A stretch of DNA of 64,000 nucleotides from Spirochaetia bacterium. Its GTDB lineage: Bacteria > Spirochaetota > Spirochaetia > UBA9216. Positions within the stretch are counted from its first letter, which is position 1, and the number at the start of each line of letters is the position of its first letter. The position numbers and the translations under genes are program-made. The notes below the pieces were generated by a model, which searched no databases, was not told the DNA's origin, and saw only the letters and a program-made list of their open reading frames with translations. The stretch lies in the NCBI GenBank assembly GCA_963677925.2, contig CAXXYH010000003.1, positions 1,216,001 to 1,280,000 of the forward strand, read 5' to 3'. Below are positions 1 through 9,016 of this stretch, one piece after another.

Positions 1-189
1 CTCACTTTCTGGGTTCTCAAGGCCGGACCATAGGACCGCTTGCCATGGCCTTGCCTGCATGCAGAGCCGAAGGCAAAGCCTGAAATGAGCTGTACAATTA
101 AAAAAACAGGAGGAAAGAAAAAAGCAAGGTTAATTCCCAAGCTTCTAATCTCTTAAAATCCGTGAACAGCTTCTCTGTTTTACCCCACA

Positions 190-218
190 AACCGTGTGAC
201 CACATATCTCTACCCAAT
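190..218. repeat. Direct repeat copy 1, left of the Fic gene
   Basis: AACCGTGTGACCACATATCTCTACCCAAT matches 1600-1628 at 28/29; degenerate similarity extends on both sides. Confidence 0.9.
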
Positions 219-279
219 ATACCCATGGCAAAAATCTCTTCCTAAATCACCTAAGCCCGGACAAAAACACACTTTTCAA

Positions 280-341
280 TGACCCGATTAGATGTTATAA
301 TCTGGTCACATATTGACCCGTTTAATCCATTATTCAGGTCA
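280..341 (+). promoter_or_regulatory. Fic promoter with two tandem TGACC...GGTCA palindromes (probable operators)
   Basis: TGACCCGATTA/TAATCTGGTCA (280-308) and TGACCCGTTTAA/TTATTCAGGTCA (314-341); extended -10 TGnTATAAT at 293-301. Confidence 0.6.
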
Positions 342-355
342 TGGCGAGGACAAAA

Positions 356-1474
356 ATGAAATATATCTGGCAGAACAGCAGCTGGCCTGAATGCACATGG
401 AATACAGACAGAATTATTGACGCTTTAGTTACAGCCCATAAAAAACAGGGGTACATACTGGGAAAGGGCGATTTACTGAATCTTAAGGACATCAGTTATT
501 TCATATCCGAAGAAGCCATGACAACCTCAGAAATTGAAGGTGAAAAGCTGGACAGAAACTCTGTCCGCTCTTCAGTTGCCAGAAGACTCGGCCTACCGAC
601 AGCAGGCCTGCCGGAAGTCAGGCGTGAAACAGACGGATTTGTTCAAATTTTAATTGATGCAACATCCAACTATTCCAGTCCGCTGAATAGAGAAAGACTA
701 TGGGGATGGCATGCAGCACTTTTTCCGACTGGATACTCGGGAATTCAAAGAATAGAAACCGGGTCATGGCGTAAAAATACTGTTCCCATGCAGGTTGTTT
801 CAGGATCAATGGGAAAGGAGCGGGTTCACTATGAAGTCCCCGGGGCTGATAAAATTGAGCAGGAAATTGAGACTTTCTTATCCTGGTGGAATAATAAGAA
901 CAATAAAACAGACGGAATTATGCGAGCTGCTATTGCACATTTCTGGTTTGTTACAATTCACCCATTTGAAGATGGCAACGGCAGAATTGCCCGTGCATTG
1001 ACAGACATGGCCCTGGCTCAGGATGAAAAAACCGGAAAACGGCTTTACAGTTTGTCATCGCGGATAAACAGGGAAAAAACAGACTATTATGACATACTTG
1101 AAAATACACAGAAATGCACAGGCGATATAACAGAGTGGCTTTTCTGGTTTCTTCAGATGTACAGCCGAAGCATTGATGATTCTCTCATAATTATTGAAGC
1201 TTCATACTTCAGAGAATCTTTTTACAGGAACCTCAGCAATCTGATACTCAACGAACGGCAGAAAAAGGTTATTGGAAAACTTCTCGACTCTTATCCTGAA
1301 GAATTTACCGGAGGGATGACCAACAGGAAATATGTAGCAATGACAAAGGCCAGTCCTGAAACGGCTAAAAGAGACTTAAAAAAATTACTGGAAGCTGGAG
1401 TTATAGTAAAGAATGAAGCAAAAGGACGCTCTACAAACTACAGTCTTAATTATCAGTTTCCAGAACAAAGATAG
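356..1474 (+). CDS. Fic family protein (DUF4172-type N-terminus, C-terminal HTH)
   Basis: Fic motif HPFEDGNGRIAR; N-terminal YIWQxxxWP; C-terminal TAKRDL HTH; GAGGA RBS favours ATG 356 over 341. Confidence 0.92.
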   Translation: MKYIWQNSSWPECTWNTDRIIDALVTAHKKQGYILGKGDLLNLKDISYFISEEAMTTSEIEGEKLDRNSVRSSVARRLGLPTAGLPEVRRETDGFVQILIDATSNYSSPLNRERLWGWHAALFPTGYSGIQRIETGSWRKNTVPMQVVSGSMGKERVHYEVPGADKIEQEIETFLSWWNNKNNKTDGIMRAAIAHFWFVTIHPFEDGNGRIARALTDMALAQDEKTGKRLYSLSSRINREKTDYYDILENTQKCTGDITEWLFWFLQMYSRSIDDSLIIIEASYFRESFYRNLSNLILNERQKKVIGKLLDSYPEEFTGGMTNRKYVAMTKASPETAKRDLKKLLEAGVIVKNEAKGRSTNYSLNYQFPEQR

Positions 1475-1599
1475 AAAAAGTCTCCCCATTCCATTACAAA
1501 TTATATAAAATGCTGTGCAAGCTTGTATATTTTAACCCCAAATTTAAATTTACAAGGTTAGAGACTCTTACCAAATCTTAAAAACTTTGAACTTCACCC

Positions 1600-1628
1600 A
1601 ACCGTGTGACCACATATCTTTACCCAAT
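1600..1628. repeat. Direct repeat copy 2, right of the Fic gene
   Basis: AACCGTGTGACCACATATCTTTACCCAAT, 1410 bp from copy 1. Confidence 0.9.
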
Positions 1629-1666
1629 TTAACCGTGGCCAATACCCTCTTCTCAACAATTCAGGC

Positions 1667-1696
1667 AAAAAAAAGAGCACCTTTTCAGGTACTCTT
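1667..1696 (-). terminator. Second terminator after the duplicated tRNA-Pro 3' end
   Basis: AAGAGCACCT-TTTC-AGGTACTCTT hairpin with an A-run (U-tract on the minus strand). Confidence 0.7.
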
Positions 1697-1706
1697 ACAA
1701 ACGGTA

Positions 1707-1720
1707 TCGGGCTGGCCGGA
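1707..1720 (-). repeat. 14-bp duplication of the tRNA-Pro(GGG) 3' end (att-like)
   Basis: TCGGGCTGGCCGGA identical to 1798-1811. Confidence 0.85.
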
Positions 1721-1758
1721 AGACGGCGGAGTGCCGGCGCCCGGCGGACCAGTTGACG

Positions 1759-1788
1759 AAAAAAGCCACTCTTTTCAGAGTGGCTTTT
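1759..1788 (-). terminator. Intrinsic terminator of tRNA-Pro(GGG)
   Basis: AAAAGCCACTCT-TTTC-AGAGTGGCTTTT hairpin with U-tract. Confidence 0.8.
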
Positions 1789-1797
1789 GAGTAGTAG

Positions 1798-1871
1798 TCG
1801 GGCTGGCCGGATTTGAACCGGCGACCCCAAGTCCCCCAGACTTGTACGCTAAACCCCTGCGCTACAGCCCG
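1798..1871 (-). tRNA. tRNA-Pro (GGG)
   Basis: Reverse complement folds as a cloverleaf: acceptor CGGGCTG/CAGCCCG, anticodon arm CAAGT-CTGGGGG-ACTTG, T-loop GTTCAAATC; CCA not encoded. Confidence 0.95.
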
Positions 1872-1905
1872 TTATGTGCTGGTAAAGATACCACTTAAAT
1901 GCTTT

Positions 1906-2709
1906 TTATGTCAATAAATCCGGATACACCTTTTCAATCCATTTCTGCGAATCCATCGGAGGCCTCTTATACCCCTCAGGCGACTGGCGCTCGGGCAGAT
2001 CTATAGGTTCAGGAGTAAGATCATGATACGGAATCTGCTTTAAAAAATGATTGATGGTATTAAGCCTGGCGCAGAACTTGTCATCAGCATCCACAACATT
2101 CCAGGGAGAATCAGGCAGATCCGAGAAGGCAAACATCTCATCCTTTGCCTTCGAATACTCCACCCACTTTGAACGGGCCGTCATATCCATCGGACTGAGC
2201 TTCCAGCGCTTTGCAGGGTCTTTAAGCCTGTCTCTGAACCGTTTTTCCTGCTCCTCATCGCTTACCGAGAACCAGTATTTAATAAGAATAATCCCGCTTC
2301 GAATCAGCATCCGCTCAAACTCGGGTAGTGAGCGCTTGAACTCATCATATTCATCAGGGGTGCAGAAGCCCATAACATGCTCGACTCCCGCCCTGTTGTA
2401 CCAGGAACGGTCAAAAAAGACCATTTCACCGGCCGATGGAAGATGAGTCACATATCGCTGAAAGTACCACTGACTCTTCTCCTTCTCTGTAGGAACAGGC
2501 AGCGCCACAACCCTTGCACCGCGCGGATTTAATCCGGCAGTAATAACCTTAATCACGCCGCCCTTCCCTGCCGCATCACGGCCCTCAAAAAGAACAACAA
2601 CCTTTAATCCCTGCTTCTTAATCCACTGCTGCTGTTTAACAAGCTCAGTAGTAAGTCTTTTCAGCTCTTTCAGATACTCTTTCTTCTTAAGCCTGGATTT
2701 TGTTCCCAT
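1906..2709 (-). CDS. ppk2: Polyphosphate kinase 2
   Basis: FEGRDAAGKGG Walker A, FDRSWYNRAGVE and WKLSPMD motifs. Confidence 0.95.
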   Translation of the reverse strand: MGTKSRLKKKEYLKELKRLTTELVKQQQWIKKQGLKVVVLFEGRDAAGKGGVIKVITAGLNPRGARVVALPVPTEKEKSQWYFQRYVTHLPSAGEMVFFDRSWYNRAGVEHVMGFCTPDEYDEFKRSLPEFERMLIRSGIILIKYWFSVSDEEQEKRFRDRLKDPAKRWKLSPMDMTARSKWVEYSKAKDEMFAFSDLPDSPWNVVDADDKFCARLNTINHFLKQIPYHDLTPEPIDLPERQSPEGYKRPPMDSQKWIEKVYPDLLT

Positions 2710-2857
2710 TCAAAAGCCTCCTGCAGATGGTATACCCGAATTTTAAACTCATCTGCAGTATGAAAGCAAATTTTATTTTTTATTGCCTGTATTGGTTTCT
2801 TACTATATACTTCTATAAAATTTCACAAATAGGCGTAAATTACCGAAAAAAAGACAA

Positions 2858-3973
2858 ATGGCTGATAACAATATACTTGAACAGTTCAATAAAATGCAGC
2901 AAACCGGCGCGCTCAGCGATCTGGCGGCATTACGGCGTGAAAACCGTGAGCTAGAAAAGATAATTACCGATGCGGCGCTTTTAATTACCAATTCCAATGT
3001 TGACGGAATGCTGCAGTTCATGATCAGCAGAATACTCGATCATTTTATTCCCCAGTTTCTCGCTTTTATCATTGAACCGCCCAGAGGCAAAAACCTGCGC
3101 GAGTATACCTACAGGAATCTCAAAGAAGTCGATGACAAAATCCCTGCGCGGTACTACGACCTTCTCAAAGAACATTTTATGCATACCCCTGCGGCAGCCA
3201 GTTTCAAAGATCTTGAAAAAGCTCTGGGTGCAGATAACTTCGGAGATGATTTCCGAGGATTCGGGCCTGAACTGATTTATCCGATGCACGGTATCGGCGG
3301 CCTCTACGGTCTTGTAATACTGGGTAAAAAGTTTACTGCCGATGAATACGGTGAACTTGAAAAACTGTACATGGACAGGATGATCCGCTTTCTTTCTGTG
3401 AGCATACAGAACGGACTTCATCATGAAAGCTCCATCACCGATCCTAAGACCGGTCTGTTCAACTATGATTACTTTATAAGCAGAGTCGATGAAGAAATTG
3501 CCCACGCAGGCAGGCATGGAGTAAGATCCGGAATGCTGATACTTGATGTGGACAAGTTTAAGAATTTCAACGATACCCACGGCCATGTAGCCGGTGATGA
3601 AGCCCTTGTAACCCTGTCAAATGTACTTAGAAAAAGCACCAGAGCCGAGGACTGTGTATCCCGCTTCGGCGGAGAAGAGTTCTCTATACTCATTGCAAAC
3701 TGCAACTCTGCCCTGCTCAAAGAAATTGCTGAAAGAATCAGGAAATCAGTCGAGGAAATGCCGATCCATTTTGAATCAAAGAAACTCAATATTACAGTCA
3801 GCATAGGCGCCAGGATGATCGAATTTACTCCGGGACGAAATGCAGTAAATTTGCTTGAGGATGCCGACAAAGCCCTGTATAATGCAAAGGAAGGCGGAAG
3901 AAACCGTGTAGTCCTTTACGCCTCCGGCTTTCTTGGAAAAGCCGAGGTTACCAGAGAGGGAATACAAAAATAG
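2858..3973 (+). CDS. Diguanylate cyclase with GAF-like N-terminal region
   Basis: DxKTGL, DVDKFKNFND, RFGGEEF; RxxD I-site (RAED). Confidence 0.92.
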   Translation: MADNNILEQFNKMQQTGALSDLAALRRENRELEKIITDAALLITNSNVDGMLQFMISRILDHFIPQFLAFIIEPPRGKNLREYTYRNLKEVDDKIPARYYDLLKEHFMHTPAAASFKDLEKALGADNFGDDFRGFGPELIYPMHGIGGLYGLVILGKKFTADEYGELEKLYMDRMIRFLSVSIQNGLHHESSITDPKTGLFNYDYFISRVDEEIAHAGRHGVRSGMLILDVDKFKNFNDTHGHVAGDEALVTLSNVLRKSTRAEDCVSRFGGEEFSILIANCNSALLKEIAERIRKSVEEMPIHFESKKLNITVSIGARMIEFTPGRNAVNLLEDADKALYNAKEGGRNRVVLYASGFLGKAEVTREGIQK

Positions 3974-4087
3974 TAGTACTAATTTACTAGCAGTTTTACT
4001 GAATTCATTAGAAAATTAATGAAATTAGCGTACTTCTGATGTAAAATATTCCTGATGAGACTTGCATTGGTTTCACAGGAGGATACT

Positions 4088-4300
4088 ATGCCGGGTAAAC
4101 CTAAACTTAAGATTGGGAGTTACCTTGTTTCAAGAGGCCTGATTTCAGTCGAACAGGCAAAAAAGATTAAACTGATCCAGGATAAACTTGGACCGGATAA
4201 TTCTGAAAGATTCGGCAGAATAGCCGTAGAAGTTGGCTTTATCAAAGAAAGCGAACTTAAACAGGCCATGCGTGAAAAGCATGAGCTTGAAAACAAGTGA
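4088..4300 (+). CDS. Small stand-alone MshEN-like (c-di-GMP-binding) protein
   Basis: GGAGGA RBS; tandem motifs KIGSYLVSRGLISVEQAKKIKLIQ and RFGRIAVEVGFIKESELKQAM. Confidence 0.7.
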   Translation: MPGKPKLKIGSYLVSRGLISVEQAKKIKLIQDKLGPDNSERFGRIAVEVGFIKESELKQAMREKHELENK

Positions 4301-4315
4301 GAAAAACAGCCGGAA

Positions 4316-4837
4316 TTGAACGAACGAATATTACTTATAATAGATATGCAGCAGGCTCTGGCTGATGAACAGCCCTACGACTATGACATCGTCTTAAATA
4401 ATATTCAGCAGCTTCTTATCAACCAGCGTATTAATCGCCAGCCCGTTATTCACGTTCAGCACTGCGCCGGACGCGGCACAGAACTTGAACCTGACACCCC
4501 GGGCTGGCAGATAGTTGAAGAGCTGAAACCTGCAGAGGGTGAGCTTGTAATAAAAAAGCGCTTCAACTGCGCCTTCAAATACACAAAACTTGAAGAAGAA
4601 ATACGAAAACACGGCGATTTTGCAGAGCTGATGATAACCGGAATGCAGACTGAATACTGCGTTGACACAACAATACGGTCTGCATTTGAAAAAAGCTTCA
4701 AAGTGATTGTCCCCGAAAAGACCCACACCACATTTGATAATGAATATCTAACTGCCGAGCAGATATATAACCATCATAACAGAATCTTCAAAAACCGCTT
4801 TGCAGAGATAATTCCGGTCGAAGATCTGCTGCAGTAA
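4316..4837 (+). CDS. Isochorismatase-family cysteine hydrolase
   Basis: LLIIDMQ, catalytic Lys (IKKRFN) and GMQTEYCVDTT. Confidence 0.9.
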   Translation: MNERILLIIDMQQALADEQPYDYDIVLNNIQQLLINQRINRQPVIHVQHCAGRGTELEPDTPGWQIVEELKPAEGELVIKKRFNCAFKYTKLEEEIRKHGDFAELMITGMQTEYCVDTTIRSAFEKSFKVIVPEKTHTTFDNEYLTAEQIYNHHNRIFKNRFAEIIPVEDLLQ

Positions 4838-4929
4838 CTAAACCTGAACTAAACAATTGCAATTCATAAAACATAAGCCTTAGCTTCCTTCTTGAAAATT
4901 TCGCGGTATTGCGGTAGCTTCAAGATACC

Positions 4930-6522
4930 TTGAAAATAATATTTACCGTAATACATATAGAAAACACCCCTCCAGCCTTCCCCCTTGCAGCTGCCGTTCT
5001 TAAAACCGCAGTTGAACAGAACCCGCAGCTTGCCGGGTGGAGTACAGGAATCAGAGATTTCTACCTTCCCGCAGAACCTGAAGCAATTGCTGCAAAGCTG
5101 ACCGGGACAGGGTCCGAAGTTATAGCCTTTTCATGCTATACGTGGAATGCTGAGACAGTTCTGCAGACAGCTGCTGCCATCCGCACCAACAGCCCCGGAA
5201 CCATCCTTATTGCCGGAGGGCCCCAGGTAACAGCCGCGGCGGAAGATTTTACAGGCTCATCACTTTTTAATTTTCTGGTAACCGGTGAAGGTGAAAAAGC
5301 AGTTCAGCAGATTCTGTCAAATCTGCCTGCCGAGAGAGATGAGATTGAAAAACTTGCAGCAGAATCTGTAAATATTCTTATTCACAGCGATACTGCTGAT
5401 TTTTCATCATCAGTATCCCCCTACCCGTCTTTACTCTCGGCAAAATCAAGATACAAGGGTGTACTCTGGGAAATTACACGAGGATGTCCCTATAACTGCA
5501 GTTTCTGCTATGAAGCCGGAGGCGAGAAAGGAATCAGGCAGATCAGCCCCACCCGTATCAGAGAGGAGCTGGAATTTTTCCGTTCCCTTAAAGTAAAAAA
5601 GATATGGGTCCTTGACCCGACCTTCAACTTCAAAAGTTCCAAGGCTGCTGAAATCCTTAGATTGATTATTGAGACCTACCCTGACGCCGAATATACATTT
5701 GAAATAAGAGTCGAACTGATGACCCGTGAACTCTGCGAGCTTTTTTCAGATCTTGACTGTAGCCTTCAGATAGGCCTTCAAAGCACCGATGACTATGTTT
5801 TAAAACTGGCAAACAGAAAACTTGATGCTCAAAAATTTATAAACAACTGCATGATGATGAGTGATTACGGACTTCGTTTCGGAATAGATCTGATATACGG
5901 CCTGCCGGGTGACAGCATTGAAAAATTTATTAAATCACTCGATTTTGCAGTTTCCGCAATGCCGAACAACATAGATATTTTTCCACTTTCAGTTCTGCCC
6001 GGAACAAAACTTAGTACACAAGCACAGGATTTCGGCATACAGCACACAGGCTTCCCCGATTACAGAATAACCGGCTCGGATTCATTTTCACAAAAGAATC
6101 TTACAGAAGCTGATGAGCTTACTGCCGTACTGGACCGGGTTTACAACATAGAACGCTCATTTATATGGCTCGGAGCCGTCTGCAGAGAACTGAATCTGAA
6201 ACCGTCTGCTCTTCTGATGCGTATGGCAGGTACAGAAAACTTCAGCAGCCTTACAACTGCAGAGTTTCTGAAAGACACTTTCCTGAGCACCGGAAAAAAG
6301 CAAATCTGGCAGATAATCAGAAGTTTTATAGTCTGGAGTGAAGCCGCAGAGAAAGCCTTTGACTGTCCCGGAGAACAGATAAAAATCACACTTTCCTACC
6401 CCCCTGAAATACTCGATGAACTGATTACCAGCCCTGCATCAGACATCATCAAGGCTAACGGTCAAAGCCGTGAAAAAAGTTACACCCTGTTTTTTGACGG
6501 TGAAGAACTCTATATAAATTAG
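4930..6522 (+). CDS. B12-binding domain radical SAM protein
   Basis: FSCYTWN, GGPQVT, GEGE and RGCPYNCSFC motifs; TTG start uncertain. Confidence 0.88.
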   Translation: MKIIFTVIHIENTPPAFPLAAAVLKTAVEQNPQLAGWSTGIRDFYLPAEPEAIAAKLTGTGSEVIAFSCYTWNAETVLQTAAAIRTNSPGTILIAGGPQVTAAAEDFTGSSLFNFLVTGEGEKAVQQILSNLPAERDEIEKLAAESVNILIHSDTADFSSSVSPYPSLLSAKSRYKGVLWEITRGCPYNCSFCYEAGGEKGIRQISPTRIREELEFFRSLKVKKIWVLDPTFNFKSSKAAEILRLIIETYPDAEYTFEIRVELMTRELCELFSDLDCSLQIGLQSTDDYVLKLANRKLDAQKFINNCMMMSDYGLRFGIDLIYGLPGDSIEKFIKSLDFAVSAMPNNIDIFPLSVLPGTKLSTQAQDFGIQHTGFPDYRITGSDSFSQKNLTEADELTAVLDRVYNIERSFIWLGAVCRELNLKPSALLMRMAGTENFSSLTTAEFLKDTFLSTGKKQIWQIIRSFIVWSEAAEKAFDCPGEQIKITLSYPPEILDELITSPASDIIKANGQSREKSYTLFFDGEELYIN

Positions 6523-6789
6523 ACAGCTGTAAAGGACGGGGGAAAATCACTTTTTTAAATGGCCGGTAATGCTGTAAAAACCGGACTTCTGCATAAATAA
6601 TTAATAGGAGGACACCTGGATTATTCAGCATCCGGAATATCTTATACAGCATGACCGGTTCTGTCCAATTTAATGTATTTATAAAGATGATAGCTCAGGG
6701 CTATAGTTTAATCAGCGGCTCATAATTTGACGCGCATATTAGTAATCTTACTGCTTGTTCCCCTGACGGCTCAGTGATATACTTAACAT

Positions 6790-8220
6790 ATGTACAGTTA
6801 TTCTATAAAACCTGATGTACCTCAGAAACTTACAGAACTTGCAGAATCGGCCAGGTACGATGTCTGCCTTGCAACATGTTCGACAGGAAAAAGCGGACAG
6901 AGAGGCCGTACACGGGACCCTCAGAACCCGCTTACCGACTGGATCTACCCTGCATCCGTTCCCGGACAGGGAACTGTATTCATACTTAAAGTCCTGCAAT
7001 CCAACCAGTGCAGAAATAAATGTACATACTGCAAATTCGCAGCAGACAACGGCAGCCTTCGCCGTGTAACAATGTCCCCGGAAGAGCTATCAGCATCTTT
7101 TATACAGATGTACCGTGCGAGGCTTGTGGACGGTTTGTTTGTTTCATCAGGGGTTTCATGCAGTCCGGACTCATCGATGCAGAACCTGGTCAAAACCGCA
7201 GAAATTCTCCGATTCAAATACAAATTCAGGGGCTATCTGCATTTAAAGGTAATTCCCGGCTGCTCAGAGAATCTCATAGAAGCAGCAGCCCGGTATGCAG
7301 ACAGGCTGTCCATCAACCTTGAAGCCCCTGAAGCCGGCTACCTCCATCAGATAGCACCTGATAAGGATTTATACAAAGACATACTGCCTGCTGCAGAATC
7401 AGTTGCCGGACTGCTGCAGAAAAAAGCAGAAGGCGGCCCTCAATCCTATATCAGGGCTAAAAGCCAGACCACCCAGTTTGTAGTAGGCGCAGCGGATGAA
7501 AAGGATCTGGACATCATGAACACAGTTGATTACCTTTACCGTGATTTTCACATGTTCAGGGCATATTTCTCCGCCTACCAGCAGAGAGGCGGCTATGACA
7601 GACAGGCGGCATCCGAAAATAAAGCTGGTGATGAATTCAAAGGTTCCCCGCTTTTAAGGGAACACCGCCTTTACCAGTGCGATTTTCTGTTAAGGGCGTA
7701 CGGTTTCCGCCTCCCCGACCTTGTTTTTGATGAAACGGGAAATATACCTCTTGAGACCGATCCCAAGACAGCATATGCAGTAATGAACCAGGGCCTTTTT
7801 CCGGTTGATATAAACAGGGCCTCAATAGAGGAACTGCTCAGAGTGCCTGGCATAGGCCCGCAATCTGCGGAACGTATAGTCAGCACACGCTCAATTGATA
7901 AATTCAGGAGCCTCGATGAGCTTAAGGCAACAGGAGCATGGACACGGAGGGCGGCTTCATGGATTGAAATAGACGGAAGAAGACCGGATATCCCAGATAG
8001 AAAAAATACCGATCATGAGTTCGATGCTGAGCAGGGATGGCTGTTTGAAGAACTTGCACCTGAAAACTGGAAGACTTCGATGGAAAGAAAGGATCTTGAT
8101 TATAAATCCCGGAAACATATGCCGAAGTCTGATGAAAGGATCTATGAATACCCTGGCCAGAAAGGAAAATGGGTTAATTATCAGATAAAAAAGAAGGATC
8201 CGAAAATAATGTGCAGATAA
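6790..8220 (+). CDS. Putative DNA modification/repair radical SAM protein with helix-hairpin-helix (TIGR03916-like)
   Basis: CRNKCTYC; YLHLKVIPG, REHRLYQCDFLLRAYGF and DPK motifs; HhH LLRVPGIG. Confidence 0.9.
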   Translation: MYSYSIKPDVPQKLTELAESARYDVCLATCSTGKSGQRGRTRDPQNPLTDWIYPASVPGQGTVFILKVLQSNQCRNKCTYCKFAADNGSLRRVTMSPEELSASFIQMYRARLVDGLFVSSGVSCSPDSSMQNLVKTAEILRFKYKFRGYLHLKVIPGCSENLIEAAARYADRLSINLEAPEAGYLHQIAPDKDLYKDILPAAESVAGLLQKKAEGGPQSYIRAKSQTTQFVVGAADEKDLDIMNTVDYLYRDFHMFRAYFSAYQQRGGYDRQAASENKAGDEFKGSPLLREHRLYQCDFLLRAYGFRLPDLVFDETGNIPLETDPKTAYAVMNQGLFPVDINRASIEELLRVPGIGPQSAERIVSTRSIDKFRSLDELKATGAWTRRAASWIEIDGRRPDIPDRKNTDHEFDAEQGWLFEELAPENWKTSMERKDLDYKSRKHMPKSDERIYEYPGQKGKWVNYQIKKKDPKIMCR

Positions 8221-8221
8221 A

Positions 8222-8953
8222 TCAGCCGTTTTCCCGGTACTGCCTCAGCCTGCCGATAATATCATTGATATGTTTAATCATTGCATCTTCAGGCTCGGTT
8301 TTTGAAGTTCCCCTGACGCTGTTTATTATGGCCATATGCTCTTCTATAGCATAATCATAGCTTTCGAATATCACATATGTAGCCTTGATTTCCTCAAACA
8401 TAAAGTCGCGAAGGACATTATAAATAGACACAAACAGATCATTACCGCTGCTCTTGATAATTACATGATGAAAGTTGTAATCACATTCAATAAGCTCTTC
8501 TATTGACTTATTGCCGATGGCAATCTTCATCTGTTCAAGAACCTCTTGAAGTTCATCGGCGACAGCCCTGCGCTTTCCGGGATTCTCATGTTCAGTGTTT
8601 TTAAGATTCTTTAGAGTCCAGACCTCCAGAGCTCCGCGCATTTCAACCATGTTGAACAGCTCATTCTTACCAAGCAGAATTGCCCAGGTCAGAGCTTCGG
8701 AAGAAATGTTTGCACTGTCGGCAACAAAAGTTCCCTTGGCGGCCTTTGATTCAAGAATTCCAAGATAGTTGAAAACTCTGACAGCCTCCCTTATGGAAGA
8801 CCTGCCTATACCGAAACGTTCCGCCAGTTCATGTTCGGTAGGTATACGATCACCTGAACTGTATTTACCCGATGCAATAAGGTCGCGGATCTGCTCCATG
8901 ACCTGTGCCACGACTGTTTTCTGCTTAATTACTACCCTGGATTCATCACTCAT
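8222..8953 (-). CDS. GntR/FadR family transcriptional regulator
   Basis: wHTH PTEHELAERFGIGRSSIREA; FCD domain DYNFH. Confidence 0.92.
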   Translation of the reverse strand: MSDESRVVIKQKTVVAQVMEQIRDLIASGKYSSGDRIPTEHELAERFGIGRSSIREAVRVFNYLGILESKAAKGTFVADSANISSEALTWAILLGKNELFNMVEMRGALEVWTLKNLKNTEHENPGKRRAVADELQEVLEQMKIAIGNKSIEELIECDYNFHHVIIKSSGNDLFVSIYNVLRDFMFEEIKATYVIFESYDYAIEEHMAIINSVRGTSKTEPEDAMIKHINDIIGRLRQYRENG

Positions 8954-9016
8954 AACAAACTATTATCGGTTATATTGATAATTTTTACAACAACTTCATC
9001 AGACAATTAGACATTG

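Noticed and set aside
190-1628. 29-bp direct repeat as a CRISPR repeat
   Set aside because: Only two copies 1.4 kb apart with a gene between them; no spacers or cas genes
1587-1830. Small ORFs over the repeat/tRNA-Pro region
   Set aside because: Overlap the tRNA and terminators; no RBS or protein motif
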